A DNA stretch of 61,821 nucleotides, filler included, from Archaeoglobus sp. JdFR-37 (GCA_002010215.1; 3 parts of 3 records of this genome joined end to end with filler, not necessarily neighbours in it); one strand, 5' to 3'; positions 37,686-47,812 are shown, counted from the first letter of the whole stretch. Translations and numbers: made by a program. Notes: generated by a model from the letters alone, not told the origin.

Positions 37686-39446
37686 TCACTGGGTTATACG
37701 CTGGAAAACCTCTGAATAGTAATCCAACGCTTCCCTAATATATTTTTCATCAAGGTCTCCTAAAGGAGTTGGCAATTCAAAGACCCTTCTCGGCACCTCA
37801 AGTGATTCGGGAGTGAAGCCGAGTTCCTTCTTAAGCCTTAACTTCTCATGGTATATTTTCTCTCCTGTCTTCTTTAATTCGTCTTCTGTAATCTCCACGC
37901 CTAGCGGCTGGAATGCTTTAACCACTATTTCGGGAGTGTAGAGACCTCTAGCGAAGAAGCAGACCACCAGGCTTGACAGAATTTGCCTCCACATCTCTTC
38001 CTTGATTAGGGCATCCACCACCTCCTTTGGCGAGTAACCTTTCCACTTTTGATCCATAGAATATCCTCCAGCATCCAGATGGCTGTGTCTCAGCCCAATC
38101 AGGTTCCCTACATATCCGGCATATCCTGTGTGATACCCTGCCATCTCATTCTTGCCAAAGCACATTGCGAACTCCTTTCCGCCATAGATGTTTGCAGCCT
38201 CCTCAGCACCTCTAGCTAAAGCTTTATAGAACTCATTGGGCTGCTTTACGATGAACTCAATTGCTTTCAGGTAAGACTCAACATCTCCGAACTCCAAGTC
38301 AACAATTGTCTCATCTTTCGTCACGATTCCCCTCTTCAACGCCTCCGTTGCCCATGCCAAGCATACGCCTGTGCTTATGGCATCCAGAGCGTAGCTCTCA
38401 ACCCTGTGTATCAGCTTCAGCAGCCCGTCCCTACTTCCAATGCCAAGCATGGAGCCAAGAGCGTAGAGCAGTTCGTAATCATAACTTACCATGAGAGTCT
38501 TGAAGAAGTACTCCTCCTCCTCATAGGGCTCCCTCAGAACAGCTATATGGATGCATGCTGTGGGGCAGTGGTTGCATGCGATCCTCCTGCCAAGGTTGTA
38601 CTCCGCAAAGGCTTCACCGCTTATCTCTTCAGCATCCTCAAACCTTCTGTCAGTCAGGTTCTTGGTAGGCAGTGCTCCCAGTTCGTTGAGGGGCAGAACG
38701 TTTGAAGCAGTTCCAAGAAGGTGGTACTTTTTCATTACATCTGATTCCACTGCAAGCTTGAATATCTCCCGGTACACCTCCCTGTATTTCTTCCTGTCGG
38801 CTGGCGTATATCTCTTCCTTCCCATAATAACTAGTGCTTTCAGTTTTTTGCTGCCGAAAACTGCTCCCAGTCCCAGTCTTCCGAAATGCCGGTAAGTTTC
38901 CGTTGTTACACACGCATATCTCACGAGCCTCTCTCCACCACCGCCTATTCTCATAACGGTTCTTATTCCTCTCCCCTCTTCCCGCTCTGCTATTATCCTG
39001 CCCGCTACTATGGAATCTTCTATTCCCCAGATGACCCTGCCATCCCTGAAATGAACCTTATCTTCATCAATCACAATATATATGGGCTTTCTGCTTACTC
39101 CCTTGATTACAATAGCCCCATATCCGGCGTTGGCTATGCTCGTGGCTGTTCTGCCTCCTGCATGTGTCTCTCCAAGATTTCCAGTCAGGGGGCTTTTGAA
39201 GAAGGCAACCGTCTTTGACGCAAGGGGATAGGCAGGCGTAAAAGGGCCGGTGGCGAAGACTATCACATTATCCTCGCCAAGGGGGTCGATATTGGCTGCA
39301 TCGCTTCCAAACTCCTCCTTTAGGAGCTGTACCGCAACACCCACGCCACCAATCCACTCTTCAAAAAGGTCCTTCCTGTCCTGAATTTCGTATCTGTACC
39401 TTGACAGGTCTATTGTGAGTACCTTGCTTCTCATACCCGTGCTCAT
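37686..39446 (-). CDS. Tungsten aldehyde:ferredoxin oxidoreductase family protein (GOR-L-like)
   Basis: KSPLTG, GRLGLGAVFGSKKLKA, CNHCPTAC and DAISTG. Confidence 0.85.
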   Translation of the reverse strand: MSTGMRSKVLTIDLSRYRYEIQDRKDLFEEWIGGVGVAVQLLKEEFGSDAANIDPLGEDNVIVFATGPFTPAYPLASKTVAFFKSPLTGNLGETHAGGRTATSIANAGYGAIVIKGVSRKPIYIVIDEDKVHFRDGRVIWGIEDSIVAGRIIAEREEGRGIRTVMRIGGGGERLVRYACVTTETYRHFGRLGLGAVFGSKKLKALVIMGRKRYTPADRKKYREVYREIFKLAVESDVMKKYHLLGTASNVLPLNELGALPTKNLTDRRFEDAEEISGEAFAEYNLGRRIACNHCPTACIHIAVLREPYEEEEYFFKTLMVSYDYELLYALGSMLGIGSRDGLLKLIHRVESYALDAISTGVCLAWATEALKRGIVTKDETIVDLEFGDVESYLKAIEFIVKQPNEFYKALARGAEEAANIYGGKEFAMCFGKNEMAGYHTGYAGYVGNLIGLRHSHLDAGGYSMDQKWKGYSPKEVVDALIKEEMWRQILSSLVVCFFARGLYTPEIVVKAFQPLGVEITEDELKKTGEKIYHEKLRLKKELGFTPESLEVPRRVFELPTPLGDLDEKYIREALDYYSEVFQRITQ

Positions 39447-39853
39447 GCTTTTACCTCCTCAAAACCCAGTACTCCATGAGGACAGAATTCAACACAGTAG
39501 CCACAGTGGATGCAAACTGCAGGCTTCTCATCTTCCCGCATAAAGATTGCTTCAATTGTACAGGCCTTCATGCAGTTACCGCACGCAATGCACAGGTCTT
39601 CGTGGAATGTTACGCCCCCTTCCTTCCTAGCACTCATTGCACCTGTTGGACAGACTTCGCTGCAAGGTGGCTCTCTACATGCACGGCAGAAGATGATTGT
39701 TGCTCCCCTTTCAAAGCCACTAAGGCTAATAGCAAGTATTCCAGAACTGCTTATACCTATCTCTGGCTTATGAGCATTTTTTCTGGCACATGCATACATA
39801 CACAGGCTACATCCCACACATTTCTCAATATCCTTTATCACCAGCCTTTTCAT
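39443..39853 (-). CDS. 4Fe-4S dicluster small subunit of the AOR
   Basis: Four Cys clusters of DmsB type; overlaps the AOR start. Confidence 0.88.
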   Translation of the reverse strand: MKRLVIKDIEKCVGCSLCMYACARKNAHKPEIGISSSGILAISLSGFERGATIIFCRACREPPCSEVCPTGAMSARKEGGVTFHEDLCIACGNCMKACTIEAIFMREDEKPAVCIHCGYCVEFCPHGVLGFEEVKA

Positions 39854-41073
39854 ATTCTTCCACCCTCTATCAGCTTTTCAAAAGCCTGTATGAATTCTTC
39901 CTCTTTTCCTTTATCTATTACTGTGGCTGCGGCGATTTTGTGAGTTGCGTCGGCAAATCCACCCACTGCCTCGCTTGCTTTTGGAACGAGGATGTCTAGA
40001 CCTAAAGCCTGACCGTGGAATATCTTTCTTTCAAGAGGTGTTGGAACTCTCCCGCTCATCTTGACGGCATTCCAGTCAATTTCTCCCAACTCAGGAATTT
40101 TCTTGGGTATATTCTGAAATCCTACTAGGTACTTGTCCTCCTCAACAAAGGTCATGTCCTTTATAAGCTGGCAGAATTCTCCAACAGCTTTGACACCCAT
40201 TGGAGAAAACATGTCATGGAGGTGGAACCACTGAACGTGCTTGCCCTGATTCAAGCCTCCATCCTTGAGGTATTCTATTGCCTCCCTGAACTTTTCCGTC
40301 TTGAGTTCTTCAAGCTCCTCTGCTTCTCTCAGCGTCTCCTCATCAAATCCTTCAAAGCAGGCTTTTATCCCTTTCCTGTATCCCATCCTCTCGTAACCTA
40401 CCGCCCCAAGGTTTGTCAACCTTCTTGCAACTTCTCCAGCGTACTCGCCGAAGAACTCGATGTAGTACCTCTCTCTGGTCCCTTCTATTTTCACCTTTAC
40501 TTGTCTCATGTGAATGGCTTCATCCAATGCAAATCTGTCAAATCCAAGAACTCCACCACTTCGGTCGTGGTAGTCTCCTACAGAACCAACAACTGCCAGA
40601 TATGCGTATCTGCACATCTCTCGCCTTATTCTTCTGCAAAAAATGTAATTGAGAGTTGATGCAGAAACAAAAATATCTCCTGAAATTCCGGCTAGCTCGG
40701 GATCGAGAACAAAGACGTGATCACTCTCAATGCTCTTTGCAGGATGGTGATCAATGATGAACACCACATTTCTTCCAGCATCTATCTTCTCAATCATTTC
40801 TGCTGCGAGCCCGCCGAGGTCTGTGTATATTATAACCCCTCCCTCCTGCCTTTCGTGTATCTTCTTAACTACGGCGGGAAACACCTTCTCTATACATATT
40901 AGATCAGCTTCGAAGCCGAGAGATTCGCACAGCTTGGAAAGAATGGCTCCAGAACAGATACCGTCAGCATCATTGTGGTGGACAATTGTAACCCTCTCAC
41001 CCATGAATCTCTTGAGTTTCTCCGCTGTTTTATCCACCCACTCGAAGAATTCCTTGTTTAGAAACTCTTCCAT
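39850..41073 (-). CDS. DHH-family phosphoesterase
   Basis: HHNDADG, YTDLG, IDHH and a DHHA1-like C-terminus. Confidence 0.85.
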   Translation of the reverse strand: MEEFLNKEFFEWVDKTAEKLKRFMGERVTIVHHNDADGICSGAILSKLCESLGFEADLICIEKVFPAVVKKIHERQEGGVIIYTDLGGLAAEMIEKIDAGRNVVFIIDHHPAKSIESDHVFVLDPELAGISGDIFVSASTLNYIFCRRIRREMCRYAYLAVVGSVGDYHDRSGGVLGFDRFALDEAIHMRQVKVKIEGTRERYYIEFFGEYAGEVARRLTNLGAVGYERMGYRKGIKACFEGFDEETLREAEELEELKTEKFREAIEYLKDGGLNQGKHVQWFHLHDMFSPMGVKAVGEFCQLIKDMTFVEEDKYLVGFQNIPKKIPELGEIDWNAVKMSGRVPTPLERKIFHGQALGLDILVPKASEAVGGFADATHKIAAATVIDKGKEEEFIQAFEKLIEGGRI

Positions 41074-41128
41074 GCCATTTCTAATGAATTAATCAAATAA
41101 ATAAATTATGGGCAAAACAGTACAACAG

Positions 41129-41521
41129 CTACACTGCTTTTGGCCTTATAACCTTCTCAGGGCAGACTTGAGTGCAAACTCCGCATCCGGCACAAAGGGA
41201 TTCATCTATCCAGACATTTTCACCATCGTATATTATGGCAGGGCAGGCAAAGGATGTCACGCATTCAAGACATTTCGTGCACCCTTCTCTGACTTCGAAA
41301 GGCTTAATCTTTATGCCTTTTCTCTTTCTCTCTCTGTTCCAGATTATGGCGCAGAGCTGTCTGGCAACTATTACTGAAACGCCCTCATGCTGCATGGCCT
41401 TCTTCAATGCCTCTTCCATTCTTGATATGTTGTATGGGTTCACAACTTCAACGAAGTCAACACCTATTCCCTTCACTACGTCCTCTATCCTGACGGTCTT
41501 GGCTTCCTCTCCGCAGCCTTT
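41129..41521 (-). CDS. iorA: Indolepyruvate:ferredoxin oxidoreductase alpha subunit, C-terminal part (cut by the contig end)
   Basis: GVSVIVARQLC, CTKCLEC..FACPAI and CAGCGVCTQVCP; frame is open up to the gap. Confidence 0.85.
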   Translation of the reverse strand, partial: KGCGEEAKTVRIEDVVKGIGVDFVEVVNPYNISRMEEALKKAMQHEGVSVIVARQLCAIIWNRERKRKGIKIKPFEVREGCTKCLECVTSFACPAIIYDGENVWIDESLCAGCGVCTQVCPEKVIRPKAV

Positions 41522-41522
41522 A

Positions 41523-41622
41523 NNNNNNNNNNNNNNNNNNNNNNNNNNNNNNNNNNNNNNNNNNNNTTAATTAATTAANNNNNNNNNNNNNNNNNNNNNN
41601 NNNNNNNNNNNNNNNNNNNNNN
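41523..41622. other. Artificial contig spacer
   Basis: N-run, TTAATTAATTAA, N-run. Confidence 0.97.
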
Positions 41623-41624
41623 AT

Positions 41625-41723
41625 GTGACTTCCGTATTCCACAACGTCATCGTTGCCCTCATTGGAACGCTGAAGGGTGTGGATGAAAACTGGAGTATTG
41701 CGGAGATAGAGGTTGTAAAGTGA
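41625..41723 (+). CDS. C-terminal fragment of an unidentified gene (possibly a MobB-type C-terminal extension)
   Basis: VTSVFHNVIVALIGTLKGVDENWSIAEIEVVK* running out of the gap. Confidence 0.4.
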   Translation: MTSVFHNVIVALIGTLKGVDENWSIAEIEVVK

Positions 41724-41754
41724 GAACTAGGTGAGTATAAGGCGAGGTCTTAGG

Positions 41755-42891
41755 GTGAAACTCAGAAAAAATATTGCAGAAATCCCGGAATACGTTCCCG
41801 GCAGGAGCGTAGAGGAGGTAAAGAAAGCTTATGGTCTGGAAAGGGTTGTAAAACTCGCCTCAAATGAAAACCCGTATGGCTGTTCTCCAAAAGTGTATGA
41901 TGTCCTTCAAAAGGTCATCGCCGACCTCAAAAACCTGCATATCTATCCCCCATCGAACCCTACAGACCTTCTGGAGATGCTATCTGACTACACCGGATTT
42001 GAAGTCAGCAGAATTGTTATCGGAGCTGGCATCGATGGCGTACTGGAAAATATCTTCAGACTGCTGATCGATCCAGGGGATGAAGTAGTTATCCCCATTC
42101 CATCCTTCCCCTATTATCATACCCTTGCCGCCATATCGGGAGCCAGAGAGGTCAGGATTGAACGGCAGAAAAATTTCAAAATTCATCCAGATTTGCCGAG
42201 ATACGTGACGGATAAAACGAAGCTCGTCATTATATGCTCCCCCAACAATCCCACCGGAAATGACGAGGATGTTAATACCATCACAGAAGTCATTGAGAGA
42301 GCTTCGGAAGTGGGAGCAGCAGTTTTCATAGATGAGGCATATGCCGAATTCTCGACTCAAAACCTTCTGAGTCTGGCGAAATACGAGAACGTCATAGTCG
42401 CAAGAACATTCTCCAAGGCTTTTGGTCTTGCCAACCTCAGGGTTGGATATGCGGTGATGCCAGAATGGTTAAGAAAGGAATACATGAAAGTTTCCACACC
42501 CTTTCCTCTCTCAAGCCTAGCAATTGAAGGTGCGAAAGCTGCCCTCTTGGATGTAGAACACATGAGGTGGACTGTGGGAGAAATTGTGAAAGAGAGGGAA
42601 AGACTGTATTCTTTGCTGAATGAGATGGGTGAGTCAGTTAAAGTCTATCCCAGCAGTGCCAACTTTATATACTTCGAAACTGTAAAGCCAGCCAGCCTGA
42701 TAGCTGAAAGACTCGCAAGAAAGGGCGTTATTGTGAGGGATTGTTCCGGCTTCATAGGATGTTCAGACAGAGCCATTCGGGTGAGCGTGGGCAGAGAAGA
42801 GGAAAACGAACTTTTTGTTGATGTGCTGAAAGAGACTTTGGAGGAGCTTGAGGTGCTGGATAAGCCAAGGAATTTGGAGGATGTATCATGA
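41755..42891 (+). CDS. hisC: Histidinol-phosphate aminotransferase
   Basis: KLASNENP, SPNNPTG, IDEAY and RTFSKAFGLANLRVGY. Confidence 0.93.
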   Translation: MKLRKNIAEIPEYVPGRSVEEVKKAYGLERVVKLASNENPYGCSPKVYDVLQKVIADLKNLHIYPPSNPTDLLEMLSDYTGFEVSRIVIGAGIDGVLENIFRLLIDPGDEVVIPIPSFPYYHTLAAISGAREVRIERQKNFKIHPDLPRYVTDKTKLVIICSPNNPTGNDEDVNTITEVIERASEVGAAVFIDEAYAEFSTQNLLSLAKYENVIVARTFSKAFGLANLRVGYAVMPEWLRKEYMKVSTPFPLSSLAIEGAKAALLDVEHMRWTVGEIVKERERLYSLLNEMGESVKVYPSSANFIYFETVKPASLIAERLARKGVIVRDCSGFIGCSDRAIRVSVGREEENELFVDVLKETLEELEVLDKPRNLEDVS

Positions 42892-43433
42892 TAGTTGCTT
42901 TAACAGGCACTCCAGGAACGGGTAAGAGCAGTGTGGCTGAGGAGCTGAGGAAGAGAGGGTACAGAGTTGACTCAGTGAATGAACTGGCGGATAAATTTGG
43001 CTGTATTGTGGGAATAGAAGATGACGTAAGGATAGTGGATGTAGAAAAGCTGGCTGATAGGATTGAACCCCTGAGGGCTGAGGGGTTGATTATCGTTGAG
43101 GGGCACCTCAGCCACCTTCTGAATCCAGATATGACGATTGTTCTCCGCTGTCATCCTGAAAAGCTAAAAAAGAGACTCGAAAGCAGGGGCTGGAGGAAGG
43201 ATAAGGTTTTGGAGAATTTGGAAGCTGAAATAGTTGATTCAATACTGATGGAAGCAATGGGTAACAGAAAGCTATACGAAATTGATGCTACAGACCTGAC
43301 ACCTCAAGAGCTGGCTGATGTCATTGAGGAAATTCTGAAGGATAGGGAAGAGTACAAAGACAGATACAAACCCGGAAAGATTGACTGGATTATGGAGGTT
43401 GGAGACAGGATAGAGAAGTTTATGAGGTTTTAA
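42888..43433 (+). CDS. AK6/Fap7-type adenylate kinase
   Basis: TGTPGTGKS, VEGHLSH and RGW...KVLENLEAE. Confidence 0.9.
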   Translation: MIVALTGTPGTGKSSVAEELRKRGYRVDSVNELADKFGCIVGIEDDVRIVDVEKLADRIEPLRAEGLIIVEGHLSHLLNPDMTIVLRCHPEKLKKRLESRGWRKDKVLENLEAEIVDSILMEAMGNRKLYEIDATDLTPQELADVIEEILKDREEYKDRYKPGKIDWIMEVGDRIEKFMRF

Positions 43434-43454
43434 GAAGTTATCAGGTTAATTGAC

Positions 43455-43633
43455 ATGAGTGTGGAGGTTATCTTCGAGTCAGAGGAGATGACGTAGTCAT
43501 GAAACCAGAAAAAAGCGGAAAAGATGTAAAAAAACTCATTTCCGTCGTTAAGAGAAAGTTTGAAGTCCCAGAACCCGACAAACTGAAGAAGATCTACTAC
43601 ATGCAGATTGAAGAACGCTTATCTGGACTCTAA
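43455..43633 (+). pseudogene. Degraded AbrB/MazE-type antitoxin (vapB)
   Basis: EVIFE, then a frameshift, then VRGDDVVMKPEK...YYMQIEERLSGL*; N-terminus missing; overlaps the PIN gene start. Confidence 0.6.
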
Positions 43634-44010
43634 TTTTTTTATTTACGTTACTCTCTACTCTGGAGTTGTTTGCCGAGAAAAATCGAAAGAATACCTCAGA
43701 AAGGCATCAGATGGTGAATTTAAGGTCTACACATCAATGCTGATGTGGGATGAAGTGGTTTATGTTGTAAAGAGAGTTGCTGGAGTTGAGGATAGCATTA
43801 AAGTTGGAAAAATTCTGCTTAAAATGCCGTTTTTGAAGTTTCTGGATGTTGATTACGCTGTTTGTGAAGGTGCCCAGAAACTTGTTGAGAGATACAAGTT
43901 CAGTCGAGAGATGCGATTTATGCTGCTTTTGCTTTAAAATACTGCGGTAGGGGATAATAAGCGGTGATAAGGATTTTGATGTGATTAAAGGATTGAAGGG
44001 GGTTTTCTGA
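43608..44010 (+). pseudogene. vapC: Frameshifted VapC PIN-domain toxin
   Basis: YLDSNFFIY and WDEV in the first frame; RDAIYAAFAL and IISGDKDFDVIKGLKGVF* lie in other frames. Confidence 0.8.
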
Positions 44011-44145
44011 GTGGCAAATGAGTTTTCTACAAAACGTTCACCCATAGAAAAGACCTCTTCAGTTAAGTGAGTTTAGAAAGAGATATGTCCAATCTATTTC
44101 TCACTCAATTACTAGTTAAACTGGACAACAAACTACTCACAAATA

Positions 44146-45009
44146 TCACCCACTCTCCCTAGCCTCATAAAGCCTCTTTCTCAATCCTTCCAGCAACTCC
44201 TCTTCTCTACCAGCATACTGGGCGGCGCTCATGACCTCAACACCGTGAGATTTAGCAAACTCGATGAAATCTGACATCCTACCCCTCCATGCAAGGTCTC
44301 TGGTGAGGTGATGGTCCAGAACTATCACCTTAACGTTAGTTTTTATCACCAGCTCCTGAAGGTTTTTCTTTGAGTTTTCAAGGGAGGCAGCAGAGTAGCG
44401 ATAACCAAGCATGTAGGTCATTGGCCCGTCAATGAATACAATTTCGGGATTCCAGTCTAAGAGAGGTTGAAGCTGCTCCTGATGGATGGGTCCTTCCACA
44501 TCAGAAGTGTATGCAACCCTCTTTTTCCCCTCCATCAGCACTTCTACCACAAATCCAAGCCTGCTGTCCTTGCCATGAAATACTGGTTCGGAGAGAGTAA
44601 TCTGAAGATTGCTTGCTTCGAAGCATTTACCATCAGCGTACTCAATTTCACAGATGTTCTTTATCTGTTGGATGAAAAATGCAGCCCTCTTTTTCTGACT
44701 GAAGTTTATCTTCTCGGTTGGATGCTTCAGCAAAACTCTCTTACCCCTCAGAAATTCAACATCGTTGGGATCATGGTGGTCGTAGTGGTAGTGGGTGATT
44801 ATGAAAAGCTCCGCTTCGCGTGCATGCTGCTTTATCTCATCCCACAGCTCGTTCATCCTCTGGATTTCCAGCGGGTGTGGTGGTAACCCATATCTGCTTG
44901 GGCCCAGAGCGACACCAGGGTCAATTATTACCGTTACGTCACCCTCCCTCACAAGTGTGCACATGCTTCGTGCTCCGAAAGAATCGTAGGCAAGAGGAAC
45001 AATCTCCAT
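44146..45009 (-). CDS. UPF0282 metallo-beta-lactamase fold hydrolase
   Basis: IDPGVALGPSRYGLPPHP, THYHYDHH and LDHHLTRD. Confidence 0.88.
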   Translation of the reverse strand: MEIVPLAYDSFGARSMCTLVREGDVTVIIDPGVALGPSRYGLPPHPLEIQRMNELWDEIKQHAREAELFIITHYHYDHHDPNDVEFLRGKRVLLKHPTEKINFSQKKRAAFFIQQIKNICEIEYADGKCFEASNLQITLSEPVFHGKDSRLGFVVEVLMEGKKRVAYTSDVEGPIHQEQLQPLLDWNPEIVFIDGPMTYMLGYRYSAASLENSKKNLQELVIKTNVKVIVLDHHLTRDLAWRGRMSDFIEFAKSHGVEVMSAAQYAGREEELLEGLRKRLYEARESG

Positions 45010-45060
45010 GAAAAAAGTTTAGATGAAGTTGAAAATAACTCTTGTTGTGGTGGCTGTAGA

Positions 45061-46395
45061 TCAGATGATTCCCTGCTCCTTTAACCTTTCAAGCTCCTTT
45101 TCATCCATATTCAGGAGTTTGCTGTAAATATAGCCGTTATCTGCTCCCACTGGACGGCATACCCACTTAAGGCGTGGAGGGGTTTCGCTCATCTTTGCCG
45201 CAACTCCCTGAACAAGAACCTCGCCATAATCTCTGTCTTTGAACCTTAAAAGTGCCATCCTCTCGTACCAGTGCCTGAACTGCATTGTCTCTATGGGCTT
45301 CAACACCTCTCCGGCAACTGTAACTCCTTCGCCTTTATAAGACAGCCAGAGCTTCAGGATTTCATCTCTGGTGTGCTGCATAGTGAACTTTTCTATCTCC
45401 CTCGTCATGGGAATCCAGTTTTCAGGATTTGTGCGGTCCTTTATAGTCGAATATTTCTCCACCAAGTCTTCTCTCCCAATTATGCTGCACAATGCCTTCC
45501 AGTTGGGGTCAGTGTAGCCAGCAATGAATACCATCCCGTCTTTGGCCCGGAAGTAATTGTAGGCGTAAGCTGCAGGCTCAAAATTTCCGCATCTCTCTAT
45601 AACTTTCCCGGTAAGGTGGTAGAAATGTAATGCATAGTTGTTTAGGCACATCAAGGCTTCGGCAGGGCTAATATCAATATATTGCCCTTCATTGCTAGCT
45701 TCTCTGTGAAACAAAGCTGCCATTATCGCCAAGGCAGCGAAAGCTCCGCCTGCGTACCACCCCATCCAGTTACCCATCTTCGTAGGGACTCTGGTGTGCT
45801 CTGGGAATTCTTCGTATTCTTCCGGAATTCCGGTTGTGTAAGCAAAGCCGCTCAGAGCCTGGGCAATTATATCATAGTCTCCAAAACCTGCCCTGTTTGC
45901 TTCATCAGCCAGTTTCCCTTTCTGGCCATGTGTATGAATAGCGCAGTAAATGAGGCAGGGGTTGACAGATTTGAGGCATTGATAACCCAGTCCAAGCTTA
46001 TCCATGTGCCCAGGGGGATAAGTTTCAATCAGAACATCACTCTGCTTGGCCATCTCTCTCAGCATCTCCCTTCCTTTCTCACTTTCGATGTTTAGGGTTA
46101 CATGATACTTATTTCGACCTTCTACGATGTATGCAAGTCCCGTATTTTCTATTTCCAGGCCTTCAGGGCTCATTTTCCTTGCGATGTCTCCTTCTGGGGG
46201 CTCAATGCGTATCACTTCAGCTCCAAACTCTGCCAACAGTGAGGAGGCGAAGAGACCAGCAAAGCTTCCGTGGCTGAGGTCGAGTACTCTTATACCTTCC
46301 AGAGCCTCAGGCTTTGTATGGGCGTTGGAAGGGTCGGTTATTTGTCTGGCAAATTCGGTCCATTTGATCCATTCTTTCTGCTCTGACATGCCCAT
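45061..46395 (-). CDS. Class III CoA-transferase (CaiB/BaiF), subunit apparently lacking the catalytic Asp
   Basis: LEGIRVLDLS, GAEVIRIEPP and YDIIAQALSG; start reassigned to MGMSEQ after GAGGTG. Confidence 0.88.
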   Translation of the reverse strand: MGMSEQKEWIKWTEFARQITDPSNAHTKPEALEGIRVLDLSHGSFAGLFASSLLAEFGAEVIRIEPPEGDIARKMSPEGLEIENTGLAYIVEGRNKYHVTLNIESEKGREMLREMAKQSDVLIETYPPGHMDKLGLGYQCLKSVNPCLIYCAIHTHGQKGKLADEANRAGFGDYDIIAQALSGFAYTTGIPEEYEEFPEHTRVPTKMGNWMGWYAGGAFAALAIMAALFHREASNEGQYIDISPAEALMCLNNYALHFYHLTGKVIERCGNFEPAAYAYNYFRAKDGMVFIAGYTDPNWKALCSIIGREDLVEKYSTIKDRTNPENWIPMTREIEKFTMQHTRDEILKLWLSYKGEGVTVAGEVLKPIETMQFRHWYERMALLRFKDRDYGEVLVQGVAAKMSETPPRLKWVCRPVGADNGYIYSKLLNMDEKELERLKEQGII

Positions 46396-46399
46396 CACC

Positions 46400-47656
46400 T
46401 CAGTAAATCGTCTTGCCCTCCTTACCTTCTGGTGGTGCCGTCGTCGGTATGCTGGCATCCCATTTTCCAACGACTCCTTTTCTGTAAAGCTCTTCAAGCT
46501 CATCCTCGGAAATCCCCAGTATTCTCCTGAAAACGTGCTCGTTGTCAAATCCAACCGGACGCATACTCCACCTTATGCTTCCTGGAGTCTTGCCAAGATG
46601 CAAGGCGAAAGGATAGCAGAGCTCCTCGTACAGCGGATCATAGTACTTCCATACAGCTCTTCTCTCGTTGAAATGCTCATTGCCGTGTATCTTGGCTGCA
46701 TTCATTAGCTCTGCTGCTGCGAAACCGTAGGTGTATCCGGCCCTCACCACCTCGTCAACACTCTTTTTCGAAGCCCACTCCTCAATCACCTCGTATATCT
46801 TTCCGGCATTTTTTATTCGAGCATCATAATCTAGAAACTCAAGCAGATCATCCCGCTCCATAGCTCTACACAGACCCTGAAACTCATCCTTTTTGAAAGC
46901 AGCTATAGCAGCATAGCCATCTTCACACTTCACAAGGCACGATGGTACCACAGCCGGATCTCTGTTGCCGTATCGTTTTCTATTTTGTTGTTTAATAGCC
47001 ATATAAAGCCAAGTCCAATCCATTGCCCTTATCAGAACCTCTGCTTGACTGAGGTCTATAAACTGCCCCTTCCCACTCTTATTCCTCCAGAAAAGAGCTA
47101 CTAGTGTTGTGAATGCTGCTATGGTGCCGCTCAGAAAATCACCAATCCAAGCTTGCGACTTTACGGGCATAGCTTCTTCAAATCCTGTGATCTCAGCCAA
47201 CCCGGTTATCCCCTGGGCATAGGCGTCGTAGCTGGGCCTCTCCCAAAGTTCACCCCAATTCCCGAATCCCTGCATGCTCACGTAAATCAGCTGGGGATTG
47301 ATTTCACTTAGCTGCCTGTATCCAATTCCCCATCTGTCAAAGGTTCCGGGTTTGAAGTTTTCCATCAGAACATCGCATTTAGAGGCGAGCTCTTTTATCA
47401 TCTCTCTTCCTTCCTCTTTTCGCATATCTATGGCAACAAAGTACTTGTTGGCATTGCAGCACATCATTCCCGGTGATAGATTGCGGGGAAAGACGCCACC
47501 AGGCGAGACCAGCCTTATAAGGGTGTCTCCGCTCCCAGGCATTTCAACATGTATCACTTCAGCCCCAAGCTGAGCAAGCAGTGTTGCAGCCCATGGGCCG
47601 TAAATTATGCGGGTAATGTCTAGCACTCTCACCCCTTCAAGTGCTTTTTCCTTCAT
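46400..47656 (-). CDS. Class III CoA-transferase (CaiB/BaiF), catalytic subunit
   Basis: LEGVRVLDIT, ENFKPG, SYDAYAQG and WIGDFLSG. Confidence 0.9.
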   Translation of the reverse strand: MKEKALEGVRVLDITRIIYGPWAATLLAQLGAEVIHVEMPGSGDTLIRLVSPGGVFPRNLSPGMMCCNANKYFVAIDMRKEEGREMIKELASKCDVLMENFKPGTFDRWGIGYRQLSEINPQLIYVSMQGFGNWGELWERPSYDAYAQGITGLAEITGFEEAMPVKSQAWIGDFLSGTIAAFTTLVALFWRNKSGKGQFIDLSQAEVLIRAMDWTWLYMAIKQQNRKRYGNRDPAVVPSCLVKCEDGYAAIAAFKKDEFQGLCRAMERDDLLEFLDYDARIKNAGKIYEVIEEWASKKSVDEVVRAGYTYGFAAAELMNAAKIHGNEHFNERRAVWKYYDPLYEELCYPFALHLGKTPGSIRWSMRPVGFDNEHVFRRILGISEDELEELYRKGVVGKWDASIPTTAPPEGKEGKTIY

Positions 47657-47812
47657 GTTTAATTATTTTAGATACTTCCTCTTAATACTTTCGAACATGG
47701 TTTGAGTTTTTAATCCGCAGTTGCATATTGGCAAGGGTAATGTAGTTCAAGAGATGGGTTGACCGAAGACCAAAATCCCAAAGTTTATGTTTGTAGATTT
47801 CAATTTTCAATC

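Noticed and set aside
37686..39446. AOR as BamB (class II benzoyl-CoA reductase)
   Set aside because: No bamC-I or Hdr-like genes are adjacent, and a class I reductase is already present; a GOR/AOR identity fits better. A phylogeny is needed to be certain.
46396..46554. N-terminal extension of the 497-aa CoA-transferase ORF
   Set aside because: It overlaps the upstream paralogue; an RBS-supported start exists at 46395 or 46389.
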